From the NCBI GenBank assembly GCA_963805315.1, contig CAWDTQ010000015.1, positions 516,722 to 580,721 of the forward strand: a stretch of 64,000 bases of DNA, given 5' to 3'. Positions 9,453-21,595 of this stretch are shown here, in pieces. Source of the DNA: an uncultured delta proteobacterium. Its GTDB lineage: Bacteria; Desulfobacterota; Binatia; Binatales; Binataceae. A model generated the notes under the pieces. The model made no database searches. It was not told the DNA's origin and saw only the letters and a list, made by a program, of their open reading frames with translations. The position numbers and the translations under genes were made by a program. How positions within the stretch are numbered: position 1 is the first letter of the stretch; each line of letters starts with the position of its first letter.

Positions 9453-10257
9453 ATGAATCTCACGCTCAGAATTTGGCGGCAGCAGAACGCAAACGCACGG
9501 CGGGCAGTTCGTCACCTATCAGGTGAAGGATGTGACGCGCGACATGTCATTCCTTGAAATGCTCGACGCACTCAACGAGGACCTGCTCGACCGCGGCAGG
9601 AGCCTCCCGTCGCCTTCGAACACGACTGCCGCGAGGGAATTTGCGGCTCGTGCGGATTTCTGATCAACGGTGTGGCCCACGGCGGCCAGCGCGGTACGAC
9701 AGTGTGCCAACTCTCGATGCGCTTTTTCAAGGATGGCGACTCGCTCACGCTCGAGCCGTGGCGCGCGCAGGCCTTCCCGGTGATCCGCGATCTGATCGTC
9801 AACCGCTCAGCATTCGACCGAATCATTCAAGCGGGAGGCTTCATCAGCGCGCCGACGGGAAGCGCTCCCGACGCCAACGCGATCCTGGTCCCAAAGGAAG
9901 CCGCAGATACGGCGTTCGACGCGGCCGCTTGTATCGGTTGTGGAGCCTGCGTCGCCGCCTGCCCGAATGCAGCCGCCATGCTTTTCACCTCAGCCAAAAT
10001 CACTCACCTCAACGCGCTTCCCCAGGGTCAGCCTCAGCGCGACCAGCGAACCGTCAGTATGGTGGCCGCGATGAAACGAACAGTTCGGCAGCTGCACGAA
10101 CCATGGCGAGTGTGAAGCGGTGTGCCCCAAGGAAATACCCCTGGAGTTCATCGGCAGGATGAACCGCGATCTGATTCGCGCAGTGACGCGTCGCCGCCGT
10201 GGGCCACTGGTTATCGCCGCCGTCGTGCAACAGCCATCTCACGAGGACATGCACTAG
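9453..10257 (+). pseudogene. sdhB: Succinate dehydrogenase/fumarate reductase iron-sulfur subunit, frameshifted as sequenced
   Basis: The segments [11 protein letters not shown]…, [36 protein letters not shown] and [18 protein letters not shown] are the 2Fe-2S, 4Fe-4S and 3Fe-4S Cys clusters. They are split over frames 0>1>0>1. An AAGGAG RBS lies upstream. Confidence 0.8.
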
Positions 10258-10309
10258 CCTGCGGTCCGCAAGTCGTATTCAGATCCCTTGAAGGCGCAAT
10301 CAGATGGCA

Positions 10310-10366
10310 GATCCTGCCGCGCGGCGATCGCTCGGCCCCCTCCACCGCTTCGAACCAGGCCGTTCG
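10310..10366. repeat. 57-bp direct repeat, copy B (orphan copy of the lipoprotein gene 3' end)
   Basis: It would encode …ILPRGDRSAPSTASNQ, compared with …ILPRGDRAVLSTASN* at 5990-6046. There is no upstream gene body. Confidence 0.7.
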
Positions 10367-10514
10367 CCGCCGAACTTCCCGCTTGCCACTGGCCGCGTAC
10401 CGCTTAGTGATAAAAAATGTTTTGTGCTAGTCATCTGGCCTGACTGAGATTCGCAATTGCGCTGCCGCGTCGGCGGCCGCGGTCTCGGGAGCTGCGAAAA
10501 TCTTGTACGCACTT

Positions 10515-11570
10515 ATGCAGCGCTGGTGGTTGACGATTGCCGTTGCCATTGCGATGGCCGGCTGCGCGCCCGTTGGAGCGCTCGCCAACGATTGGGGGAT
10601 GGGCGATTCGAATTCGAAGATTCCGCCGAGCAGCGTCTTCAACCCCGTCTCGACTCCGGCCCACGAGATCAACGTCGTCGCGTTCTTCGTCGTCGCGATC
10701 ACTGCGGTGATCTTCCTGATCGTCGCCGGTCTGCTGACTTACAGCATCGTGCGATTTCGCGCCCGTCCGGGCGACGACGGCCGCGAGCCGCCGCAGGTGT
10801 ACGGCAGCAATCCGATCGAGTTCGCGTGGACGACCGTCCCCGTCATCATTGTATTCGTCCTCATCCTCATCACCGCCCGTACCATATATACGGTGCAGTC
10901 GCCGACGCGGCCGCCCGACGCGCTCAGCGTCCACGTAATCGCGCATCAATGGTGGTGGGAGTTCCGTTATCCCGGCCTCGGCATCGTCACCGCCAACGAA
11001 CTTCACGTTCCGCTGAGCGATCCGAAGAGCCCCACGCCGACCTTTCTCGACCTCGAGTCGGCCGACGTCGCGCACAGTTTCTGGGTGCCGCGGCTGGCGG
11101 GCAAGACTGACGTCATCCCCAACAAGAAAAATTCGATGTGGATCGATCCGCACGTCGCCGGAACCTACCTCGGGCAGTGCGGCGAGTACTGCGGCACCGA
11201 GCACGCGATGATGCTGCTGCGCGTGATCGTCGAGCCGCGCGCCGACTTCGATCGATGGGTCGCGGCGCAGAAGCAGCCGCCGGCGCTCGACGCGTCAGTC
11301 GAGCACGGCCGCCAGGTCTTCGAGTCCACCGCCTGCGTCAACTGCCATACGATTCGCGGCACCGCGGCGGACGGTCGCTTCGGTCCCGACCTCACTCATC
11401 TGATGACCCGCGAGACGATAGGCGCGGGCGTCGCCATGAACACTCGCGATCACCTGAAGGTCTGGGTGAGCGATCCCAGCGTCATGAAGCCGGGCGCGCT
11501 GATGCCGGCGATGAACCTCGGCGACAAGGACCTCGACGATCTCGTCGCGTACCTGGCGACCCTGCGCTGA
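10515..11570 (+). CDS. ctaC: Cytochrome c oxidase subunit II with C-terminal cytochrome c domain (caa3-type)
   Basis: Lipoprotein-type signal (MQRWWLTIAVAIAMAGC). CuA region: HSFWVPRLAGKTDVIP…GQCGEYCGTEHAMM. C-terminal haem c motif: CVNCH. The ORF track starts at TTG 10503; the ATG at 10515 is the preferred start. Confidence 0.9.
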   Translation: MQRWWLTIAVAIAMAGCAPVGALANDWGMGDSNSKIPPSSVFNPVSTPAHEINVVAFFVVAITAVIFLIVAGLLTYSIVRFRARPGDDGREPPQVYGSNPIEFAWTTVPVIIVFVLILITARTIYTVQSPTRPPDALSVHVIAHQWWWEFRYPGLGIVTANELHVPLSDPKSPTPTFLDLESADVAHSFWVPRLAGKTDVIPNKKNSMWIDPHVAGTYLGQCGEYCGTEHAMMLLRVIVEPRADFDRWVAAQKQPPALDASVEHGRQVFESTACVNCHTIRGTAADGRFGPDLTHLMTRETIGAGVAMNTRDHLKVWVSDPSVMKPGALMPAMNLGDKDLDDLVAYLATLR

Positions 11571-11585
11571 TCGGGAGATACGGGC

Positions 11586-13270
11586 ATGGCGGGAAGTATC
11601 GACCACGAAATCGCTCTTGGCGCCGCCGACGATGTGGATTCGCTGCCGATCCTCGGCAAGCTTCACGAATGGGTCGTCACCGTCGATCACAAACGCCTCG
11701 GCATCATGTACATCGCGGGCGGCCTCTTCTTTTTCTGATCGCCGGCCTGCAAGCCGCGACGATTCGGCTTCAGCTCGCCGTTCCCGACGCCGGCATCGTG
11801 CCGCCGCAGGTATTCAATCGCCTGCTCACGATGCATGGCACGGCGATGGTCTTCCTGGTCGGGATGCCAATCCTCACCGGCTTCTTCAACTACCTGGTGC
11901 CGCTCATGATTGGCGCGCGCGACCTCGCCTTCCCGCGCCTCAACGCCTTCGGCTTCTGGCTGTGGTTCTTCGGCGCGATCCTACTCTACTTCAGCTATAT
12001 CGGCGGCGACGGTCTCTACGGCGCGGGCAGCGCGCCCGACGTCGGATGGTTCGCGTACGCACCGCTCACCGAGCTGCCGTTCTCGCGCGGCAACAGTACT
12101 GACTATTGGATACTGAGTATTTTTCTGACTAGCGTCGGCACGACTGCGACCGCCATCAACATAATCACCAGCGCATTCTGCATGCGATGCGAAGGGATGA
12201 CGCTCAGCAAGATGCCGGTGCTGGTGTGGCTGGCGGTGGTCGTCGCGTTCATGATGCTCGTCGCGTTGCCGCCGCTCTCGGCGGCGCAGGCGATGCTGCT
12301 ACTCGATCGCTTCCTCGGCGCGCACTTCTTCGACACTCAAGCGGGCGGCTCGGCAATACTGTGGCAGCACTTCTTCTGGATTTTCGGCCATCCCGAGGTT
12401 TATATCCTGGTCATTCCCGCTTTCGCTTTCGCCTCGGAGATCATCCCGGTGTTCTCGCGCAAGGTGATTTTCGGTTACAGCGTGATGGTGGCGGCGTCGT
12501 GCGCGATCGGGTTCATCAGCCTGAGCGTGTGGGCGCATCACATGTTCTCCGTCGGCATGACTCCGGCCGGCAACTCGTTTTTTGCCTTGTCCACGATGCT
12601 GGTCGGTGTCCCGACCGGCATCAAGATTTTCAACTGGCTCGGCACAATATGGGGCGGGAAACTTCGCTTCAAGGTACCGATGCTGTTCAGCCTGGGATTT
12701 CTCTTTCAGTTTCTAATCGCGGGCCTGACCGGCATCATGCTTGCCGTCGCACCCTTCGACTGGCAATTCACGGATACCTACTTCGTAGTCGCTCATTTCC
12801 ATTATGTACTAGTCGGCGCGATCGTCTTCATGGATTTCGCCGCTATCTACTATTGGTTCCCAAAGGCTACTGGCCGAATGCTCAGTGAGACTCTCGGTAA
12901 ATGGCATTTCTGGCTATTCCTGATCGGCTTCCATCTGACCTTCGATACTATGCATTTCGCGGGGCTGCGAGGGATGCCGCGGCGCATTTATACCTATCAG
13001 CCGGGGCGCGGACTGGAGACGCTCAACCTCATCGAGTCGATTGGAGCGCTGGTGCAGGGCATCGCCGTGCTCATATTAGTGATCAATGTTATACGCTCGC
13101 TCCGCTCCGGCGAAGCGGCCGGCAACGATCCCTGGGATGCGTGGACGCTCGAATGGTCCACGACTTCGCCGCCACCCGAATACAATTTCGCTGAGCCGCC
13201 AGTGGTGCGAAGTCGCCGCCCGCTGTGGGACCTGAAACATCCGGAAGATCCCGACTGGAAGTACGAATGA
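11586..13270 (+). pseudogene. ctaD: Cytochrome c oxidase subunit I, one frameshift near 11735 as sequenced
   Basis: The N-terminus (MAGSIDHEIALG…TVDHKRLGIMYIAGGLFFF*) is in frame 0. The rest (LIAGLQAATIRLQLA…WFFGHPEVYILVIPAF…HHMF…FHYVLVG) is in the frame of ORF 11138-13270. The join is at ttctttttctg. The Arg-rich first ~200 aa of the track ORF are out-of-frame read-through over ctaC and the ctaD 5' end. Confidence 0.9.
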
Positions 13271-13285
13271 ACCGGAGCACTTCTA

Positions 13286-13889
13286 ATGGCCGCCGCAGCG
13301 ACCGCAATCCCCGCACCCGCCGCAGCATGGAGCGAAACCCTCCCGCGACGAGGCCGCGTCGGCATCCTCGCACTGATCCTCACCGAGTCCGTCTTCTTCT
13401 CGATCTTCGTCGTCGCCTACATCTTCTATCTCGGCAAAAGCCTGACGCGGCCCGTTTCCCAAGGACGTCCTCTCACCTCCGATTCTCAACACGATCTGCC
13501 TGCTCTCGAGCAGCATCACGATCGTCCTCGCGATCCGAGCGCTTCGCGCCGGCTCGATTCGCACGTTTGCGATCTGGTGGTTCATCACCTTCGCGCTCGG
13601 CCTCGAATTCCTGACCGGCACTGCGCTCGAATGGCATCGACTCATCTACCACGACGGCCTTACGATTCGGACTAACCTCTTCGGAACTACCTATTACTCA
13701 CTCGTCGGTCTGCACGCGCTGCACGTTACTGTCGGCTTACTACTTATCTTGCTCGTGCTGATACTGACTATGTGCGGTTACATGAACGACCGTCACGTCG
13801 AGCGAACTGATGTTCTCTCATGGTATTGGCACTTCGTGGATGCGGTCTGGGTAGTAGTATTCCTGACCGTGTACGTGATCGGTCGATGA
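13286..13889 (+). pseudogene. ctaE: Cytochrome c oxidase subunit III, one frameshift near 13450 as sequenced
   Basis: GILALILTESVFFSIFVVAYIFYLGKS is in frame 2. …ICLLSSSITIVLAIRA…LEFLTGTALEWHRLI…TTYYSLVGLHALHVTVG…WYWHFVDAVWVVVF is in frame 0 and ends at TGA 13887-13889. Confidence 0.8.
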
Positions 13890-13898
13890 GCTAATGCA

Positions 13899-14867
13899 AT
13901 GGCTATTCAGGAAAATACCGACAGAGTAATCGAAGCTCCCGCACCGACCGCGTGGCCGATGATCATGGCGCTCGGCTTGACGCTCGCCTTCGCCGGCCTG
14001 GTCACCAGCATCGCGGTCAGCATGGTCGGCTTCGTTCTCTTTGTCGCGGGCGCCGTCGGATGGTTTCGCGAGGTGCTGCCGGTCGAGCATCGCGAGACGG
14101 TTCGCGTCGAGCCCGCCGTGGAAGCCATCATCCCCGCAAAAATCGGCGTCGACTACCTGCAGGTCGGCGAGCTGGGCAATCGCGCCGTTCTTCCGCTCGA
14201 AATTTATCCCTACTCAGCCGGAATCAAAGGTGGCATCGCGGGCGGCGTCGCGATGGCGGTCCTCGCCGTGCTGCAGGGTATCGCCCTTCACGGCAGCCCC
14301 TGGTACACCGTCAACATTCTCGCCGCGACCGCGATGGCTAATCTCGCCAACGCCGACACCGCCACGCTCTCGTCGTTCATTCCGCAGGCATTCGTCGTCG
14401 CGCTGATCATTCACGCCTCCGCTTCAATACTGGTTGGACTGCTCTACGGCGTGATGCTCCCGATGTTCCCGCGCTACCCCGCATTGTGGGCCGCGATCGT
14501 CGCGCCGCTGCTGTGGACCGGCCTGCTCTGGTCGTCGCTCAGCGTGATCAATCCGCTGCTCGACGCCCGAATCGAGTGGCGATGGTTCATCTTGTGCCAA
14601 ATCGCATTCGGCGCCGTCGCGGGGTTCGTCGTCAACCTGACCGAGCGCGTCCATACGATGCAGCATCTCCCGTTCGCCGTCCGCACCGGAATCGAGGCGC
14701 CCGGCCTCGGCGAGAAACGCGAGGACGAGGATCAAGTTGAACGCGCGCAGGCTGAAATCGCTCCTCGCGAGCGCATCGCTGGCGACAATTCTGCTCGCCG
14801 GATGCGATTCACTTCCCGGCCGTCCCACCCAGGCCGATTTTCCGCTGCGTCCTTCCGACGTGACTGA
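13899..14867 (+). CDS. Polytopic membrane protein of unknown function embedded in the oxidase operon
   Basis: 322-aa ORF with several hydrophobic helices (WPMIMALGLTLAFAGLV, MVGFVLFVAGAVGWF, GIAGGVAMAVLAVLQGIAL, ALIIHASASILVGLLYGVMLPMF, …). The 3' end is uncertain because it overlaps the next gene by ~130 nt. Confidence 0.5.
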   Translation: MAIQENTDRVIEAPAPTAWPMIMALGLTLAFAGLVTSIAVSMVGFVLFVAGAVGWFREVLPVEHRETVRVEPAVEAIIPAKIGVDYLQVGELGNRAVLPLEIYPYSAGIKGGIAGGVAMAVLAVLQGIALHGSPWYTVNILAATAMANLANADTATLSSFIPQAFVVALIIHASASILVGLLYGVMLPMFPRYPALWAAIVAPLLWTGLLWSSLSVINPLLDARIEWRWFILCQIAFGAVAGFVVNLTERVHTMQHLPFAVRTGIEAPGLGEKREDEDQVERAQAEIAPRERIAGDNSARRMRFTSRPSHPGRFSAASFRRD

Positions 14868-15449
14868 CTTCGCAACACTGTACGGCGAGAATTGCGCGGG
14901 ATGCCACGGAGCCGACGGCAAGTCCGGCGCCGCGATCGCGATGAACAATCCTGTATATCTCGCGATCGTCGACGACGCTTCGATGCGCCGCGTGATCGCC
15001 GGCGGAGTTCCGGGTACCGCGATGCCGCCGTTCGCGCAAAGCGCCGGCGGTTCGCTGACTGATCGTCAGATCGACATCTTGATTGCCGGCATCCGCAAAA
15101 CTTGGACAGGCGCTCCCGGAGCGGGTGCGGGCGCCCCGCCCTATTCCAGTTCCACTGCTGGCGATTCGAATCGGGGCGCGCAGGTGTACGCGGCGAACTG
15201 CCAATCGTGTCACGGCCCCGACGGCAAGGGAGGACGGCAGCCGGTTCTGATCGTCGATGCGTCCTACCTTGTCGCTCGTCAGCAACCAGTACCTGCGCAC
15301 GATCGTGATCGCGGGACGCCCCGATCTCGGCCATCCCGATTGGAAGAACGACGTCGCTGGACAACCGCTGACGCCTCGAACAAGTGTCCGACGTGGTCGC
15401 ATGGCTCGCTTCCAAACGTCCCGCGCCACCGCTGGCTCAGAGCAATTGA
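14737..15449 (+). pseudogene. Dihaem c-type cytochrome lipoprotein, frameshifted as sequenced
   Basis: Signal peptide and lipobox (ATILLAGC). Two CxxCH motifs (CAGCH, CQSCH). After ~15245 the family-like sequence (SLVSNQYLRTIVIAGRPDLGHPDW…, …VVAWLASKRPAPPLAQSN*) continues in other frames. Confidence 0.7.
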
Positions 15450-15450
15450 A

Positions 15451-15962
15451 ATGACGCACAACTCCCGAAAAGACTACACGCCGCAATTTCCTCTTTCGTA
15501 TCGGAATAGTCATTAACGCAATAGCTATTGCGCTTGTTCGCAATACCAATTGTCGGCTACGTACTATCGCCCGCCCGGCGCTTCACCTGGCTCGACTGGA
15601 TACCGCTCGGTCCGCTGACTGACTATCCGGAACATCAGACGCGACTGGCCGAGTATGTAAACCCGTTCAAGAAAGCATGGGACGGCGAGACGGCAAAGAT
15701 TCCATGCTGGGTGCGACGCCTCGCCGGCGACCAATTCCAGGTCTTCGCGATCAACTGCACCCATCTGGGATGCCCGGTGCGATGGTTCGCCGAATCGGAA
15801 CTGTTCATGTGCCCGTGCCACGGCGGCGTTTTCTACTCCGACGGCAGGCACGCGTCGGGACCTCCGCCGCGCCCGCTGTATCAATACAAATACAAAGTCG
15901 AGGCCGGCAAACTTTGGATTTACGCCGGCCAATTGCCGACGCTGGGCCAGCCGCACGCATGA
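15451..15962 (+). pseudogene. Rieske 2Fe-2S subunit of a bc-type complex, N-terminal frameshifts as sequenced
   Basis: CTHLGCPV…CPCHGGVF Rieske motifs lie in ORF 15528-15962. A Tat-like leader (MTHNSRKDYT-RRNFLFRIG…) is recoverable only by switching frame twice between 15451 and 15540. Confidence 0.8.
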
Positions 15963-17429
15963 TCGAAGTCCTCAAATCAGTCGGGCCGATGGCTCGACGC
16001 TCGTCTGCAACTCGGCCAGACGATCGCCGACGTCGCCGCGCATCCGGTGCCGCGCAGTTCCGCGAGCTGGTGGTACATGTTCGGCAGCGCGACGCTCGTC
16101 GTTTTCATTTTGCAAGTAGTCACTGGCATCTGCCTCGCGACTGTCTATACGCCGGCCGCCGATCGCGCCTGGGACAGCCTGATCTATTTGAATTACCAAC
16201 AGCCGCTCGGATGGTATCTGCGCGCGCTGCACGGCTGGGGCTCCAACTTCATGGTCGCCCTGATGTTCGTGCACCTGATCCAGGTGTTTCTGTTCGGCGC
16301 GTACAAGTATCCGCGCGAACTCACCTGGGTCGCAGGATGCGTACTGCTTTTGTGCACGCTCGGCATGGCGTTCACCGGCCAGGTGCTGCGCTTCGATCAG
16401 AACGCATACTGGGGTCTGGGCATCGGCGCGTCGATCGCCGGACGCACTCCGATCATCGGCTTCAAGGTCGTCGATCTGATTCTCGGCGGACCAATCATCG
16501 CCGGCGAGACCTTGTCGCGATTCTTCGCGCTGCACGTATTCGTGATTCCGGCTCTGCTGATCGCCTTCGTCGGCCTGCATCTCTTCTTGGTATTGCGACT
16601 AGGCATTAACGAATGGCCGATGCCTGGTCGAATAGTCAGACGCAATAGCTACTTGCGATGAGTATAGTGAGTTAGTACACGCCGACGGCGAGCCGTTCAT
16701 GCCATTCGCGGCGCAAAAGGATCTCGTCTTCGCCGGACTGATTATCTTGAGCCTGCTCGTAGTCGCCGCCGTCGAAGGCCCGATCGGTCCCAACGGCCAG
16801 CCCGATCCGACGATCATCCAGACCGTTCCGCGCCCCGACTTCTTCTTCCTGTGGCTATTCTCGCTGTTCGCATTGTTGCCGCCATGGACCGAGACCTTCC
16901 TGATGCTCACCGGTCCGGTCGCCGTCATCGCGCTGCTCTTCGCGCTGCCCTTCATTTCGGGAACCGGCGAGAAGAGCTGGCGTCGACGACCCATCTCAGT
17001 CGTGATCGTTATTCTCGCCGTGACGATCGTCGGAACTCTCACCTGGCTCGGGACATTCTCGCCGTGGTCGCCAGTGATGGACGCGTGGAGCGCCGCACCG
17101 ACGCCCGTCGACTACGTCAAGGGCCGCACTCCGCTGGAACTTCAAGGCGCGTTGCTCGTGCAGAGCAAGCAGTGCCGCAACTGCCACTCGCTCGGCGGCG
17201 TAGGCGGGATGCGCGGTCCCGCGCTCGACGACACCGCGACGCGGCTCACGCGCGACCAGATCGTTCGCCAGATAATTCAAGGTGGCGGCAACATGCCGGC
17301 CTACGGCAAGAATCTCACGCCCGCGGAGGTCAACGCGCTCGTCGCGTTCCTCGCCACGATGCATCCGCGCGGGCGAGCCTCCCGCGCGCGATTCGGCGCG
17401 ACCCGCCGCTCACCGAGTCATCGCAGTGA
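15959..17429 (+). pseudogene. Cytochrome b (N- and C-terminal halves) fused to a C-terminal mono-haem cytochrome c domain, about 3 frameshifts as sequenced
   Basis: WWYMFGSATLVVFILQVVTGI…LHGWGSNFMVALMFVHL is cytochrome b. The apparent stop at 16659 is bypassed by removing one c at ~16656, which gives …YLDEYSELVHADGEPFMPFAAQKDLVF… The C-terminal domain carries CRNCH…GGGNMPAY. The predicted end TGA 17427-17429 overlaps the ctaG GTG (GTGA). Confidence 0.8.
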
Positions 17430-18319
17430 ACTCTCTAATACAAACCGCCTTCGATTCGTGGACGCCGCCTGTCGCCACGATCGCGACGCTGCTCGTCACC
17501 GCCGCGATTTACGCGCGCGGGTTCCGTCGCCTGCATCGCCAGATGCCGCGACGCTTCCCCGTCTGGCGACTCGCGACGTTCATGGCCGGGATTGCGGCGC
17601 TCTTCGTCGCGATCGCCTCGCCGCTCGAGGAGCTCGACGACCTGCTGCTGCAAATTCACATGACGCAGCATCTCATTCTGATGATGGTCGCGCCGTCGCT
17701 CATGCTCGCGGGCGCTCCGGCGATTGCGCTCGTGCGCGGGCTGCCTCCGCGCATTGCCAAGGCGATCGTCGGACCGCTTCTCCGCTCAAGCGCGGTGCGA
17801 CGCCTCTTCGCATGGCTGACGCAGCCGCTGGTATGCTGGATCGCATTCGTCGCCGCGACCTGGGGATGGCATCTGCCCGCCACCTTTCAGCTCGCGCTCC
17901 GCTCCGACGGATGGCACGTCGTCGAGCACGCATGCTTCTTCACCACCGCGCTGATGTTCTGGTACCCGGTCATCCAGCCATGGCCGAGCGCCGCGCGATG
18001 GCCGCGATGGGCGATGATTCCGTATCTGCTGCTCGCCGACGGGCAGAACACCATCCTCGCCGCGCTGTTCATGTTTTCCGATCGGTTGATCTATCCTTTA
18101 TATGCGACCGCGCCGCGCGTCGCGGGTTTCACTCCGCTTGGCGACCAGATTGTCGCCGGTGCTATCATGTGGGTGCCCGGCTCGATTTTCTATCTCGTGC
18201 CCGCCACGCTCATCATGTTTCAGATGCTCGCGCCGCAAAATCTCTCGCGCCAATCCGCGCGCGAAGATGACATTCATCGCCGAGTCGCCGGCGAACTTCC
18301 AGCGGCGCCGCATCTGTAG
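17426..18319 (+). CDS. ctaG: Cytochrome c oxidase assembly factor CtaG (caa3_CtaG family membrane protein)
   Basis: [23 protein letters not shown]…[21 protein letters not shown]…[21 protein letters not shown]… is typical of the Bacillus-type CtaG family. The GTG at 17426 is in frame with ORF 17282-18319. Confidence 0.75.
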   Translation: MNSLIQTAFDSWTPPVATIATLLVTAAIYARGFRRLHRQMPRRFPVWRLATFMAGIAALFVAIASPLEELDDLLLQIHMTQHLILMMVAPSLMLAGAPAIALVRGLPPRIAKAIVGPLLRSSAVRRLFAWLTQPLVCWIAFVAATWGWHLPATFQLALRSDGWHVVEHACFFTTALMFWYPVIQPWPSAARWPRWAMIPYLLLADGQNTILAALFMFSDRLIYPLYATAPRVAGFTPLGDQIVAGAIMWVPGSIFYLVPATLIMFQMLAPQNLSRQSAREDDIHRRVAGELPAAPHL

Positions 18320-18330
18320 AAGGAGGCATC

Positions 18331-19968
<1,638 letters not shown>

Positions 19969-19989
19969 TCCCGATGCCGATCGACGCGG

Positions 19990-20499
19990 TTGTCCCATCA
20001 GCAATCGGGCAGGTGCGCAATGCCACGTGAGCTATTTCTTCTTGTTCATCAGAAACCACCGGAAGCGCAGTATCGGTTCCGTGCCGTAAGCCAGCGTTTG
20101 CAAGCCATCTTGCCGACAGCGACGGACATCCAGCATGTCGGCGCAACCGCCGTCCCCAGCTGCCTGACCAAGGGCGATCTCGATGTTTGCGTGCGCGTAG
20201 AGCAGGATGCCTTCGCCGCCTGCGACGCTGCGTTGGAGCGCCACTTCGAGCGCAACGCCGAATCAGAGCGCAGTGAGTCTTTCTCTGCATTTCTCGATAT
20301 GGCCGCCAATATAGGGATCCAACTTGTCACGATCGGTTCGCCACTCGACGTGTTCGCCACATTCCGCGACTTGCTTCTGAAAAATCCCAAACTGCTGGCG
20401 CGATACAACCAGCTCAAACAGCGCTATCACGGCAAATCCATGACACAATACCGAAAGGCAAAGGACAAATTTATCCAGAGTGCCCTGTCATCCGTCTGA
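19990..20499 (+). CDS. GrpB family protein
   Basis: IQHVGATAVPSCLTKGDLDVCVRV… plus C-terminal …YNQLKQRYHG…YRKAKDKFI match the GrpB/UPF0157 pattern. The start may be the internal ATG (MPRELF…). Confidence 0.7.
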   Translation: MSHQQSGRCAMPRELFLLVHQKPPEAQYRFRAVSQRLQAILPTATDIQHVGATAVPSCLTKGDLDVCVRVEQDAFAACDAALERHFERNAESERSESFSAFLDMAANIGIQLVTIGSPLDVFATFRDLLLKNPKLLARYNQLKQRYHGKSMTQYRKAKDKFIQSALSSV

Positions 20500-20832
20500 T
20501 TAGGTTAGTAATCACGACGCGCACTGCGGGAAACATCGCCGACCTGAACAAAACCGACTGACGCACCCGCTGCCAGCCACGACAACTCGATCAATGCGCT
20601 GATCCGGCGCTTCAGCGCCGCTCCGCAAGAACGGATGACGGCGCTCGAATTGTATGAAATTAGAAGAGCAGCGCTTATGACGATGCGGCAGAAGCCTATG
20701 CCGACCGCCTATTCGCTGAGCTCGCTCATTAGCCCTTCCATGATCTAGCAGGTCGGCGATGCGGGAGAGATATGCGACATGAGATGCGGCTTGTGCCAAA
20801 TCGCGCGCTATTTGAGGGACCACCGCGGCGGC

Positions 20833-21271
20833 TCAAGCGGCGAGGAGTTCGAGGTTCCGCAGGGCGGCGCCTTGGACTGCTTTGAGCGAGACAGTGGAGT
20901 CGAAAGTAGCCAGACGGCTCTCGTTCGAGACTGAAAGTGCAAGCAGGTAGACGTCCGTGATCTGGCGATGACCCTGAACGCGAGTCCAGCGAAATCTTCC
21001 GGGGTCGCGCATACTCACCGAAATCCGGCCAAAAAACATGCAGCCGATCGGAGCATAAGGTTCGCAGACGCGTGGCCGCATCCTCGACCGTCGTGCGACC
21101 GCCGGGATACGACGTATTGGACAGGATTCGGATCAGCGCGTTCTCCGTGAGCGGACAAGTCGCCCATCTGCTGCTGCGGTTGCGTCCGAACCACGCGTGA
21201 GCCGCTTCGTTATGCATGTGCGCGGGGTCGAACAGCGCAACCAGGACATTTGCGTCGAGCAGTGCTATCAC
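20833..21271 (-). pseudogene. vapC: PIN-domain toxin VapC, one frameshift near 21015 as sequenced
   Basis: MIALLDANVLVALFDPAHMHNEAAHAWF…TENALIRILSN… continues in a second frame as …ITDVYLLALSVSNESRLATFDSTV…. Confidence 0.75.
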
Positions 21272-21286
21272 GCGTCGGCTGATTGC

Positions 21287-21529
21287 CTAGGGTTCGTCGC
21301 GGAGCCGATTAACAATTTCCGGCGTGACCAGCAGCGTCCCTCGCTGCTTGGGCAGAACAGGCACACCGTTGCGCTTGCGCGCTGAGCGATTTCGAGGCGC
21401 CAGCGCGGCTCGGGCCAACTCCGAGAGAACTCGCCCTGCCGTAGTTCCCCGACTTGCCGCGATTTCCTTGGCGCTCTCCAGGACGTCTTCGTCGATATCC
21501 AGCGTCGTGCGCATCCGGTGATCATTCAC
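21287..21529 (-). CDS. vapB: Type II antitoxin, VapB-like
   Basis: (MNDHR)MRTTLDIDEDVLESAKEIAASRGTTAGRVLSELAR… is the typical 'MRTTLDIDD…' antitoxin N-terminus. It lies 15 nt upstream of vapC. Confidence 0.7.
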   Translation of the reverse strand: MNDHRMRTTLDIDEDVLESAKEIAASRGTTAGRVLSELARAALAPRNRSARKRNGVPVLPKQRGTLLVTPEIVNRLRDEP

Positions 21530-21595
21530 GCATCAAATCATCAGATGTCAATTGCGGTGGACGGGGCGGGCAGTCGCGCGTAGATCTTAGCTGTC

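Noticed and set aside
11138-11735. N-terminal ~200 aa of the 710-aa track ORF 11138-13270
   Set aside because: This part is Arg-rich nonsense produced by reading out of frame across the ctaC 3' end. The true ctaD start is the ATG at 11586 in another frame, joined by a frameshift near 11735.
17430-18270. C-terminal ~280 aa of the 523-aa track ORF 16699-18270
   Set aside because: This part is Arg/Ala-rich out-of-frame translation over ctaG. The cytochrome b/c gene most plausibly ends at TGA 17427-17429.
20512-20823. 103-aa minus-strand ORF between the GrpB gene and vapC
   Set aside because: There is no family resemblance and the composition is atypical. The region may be a remnant, but nothing can be supported.
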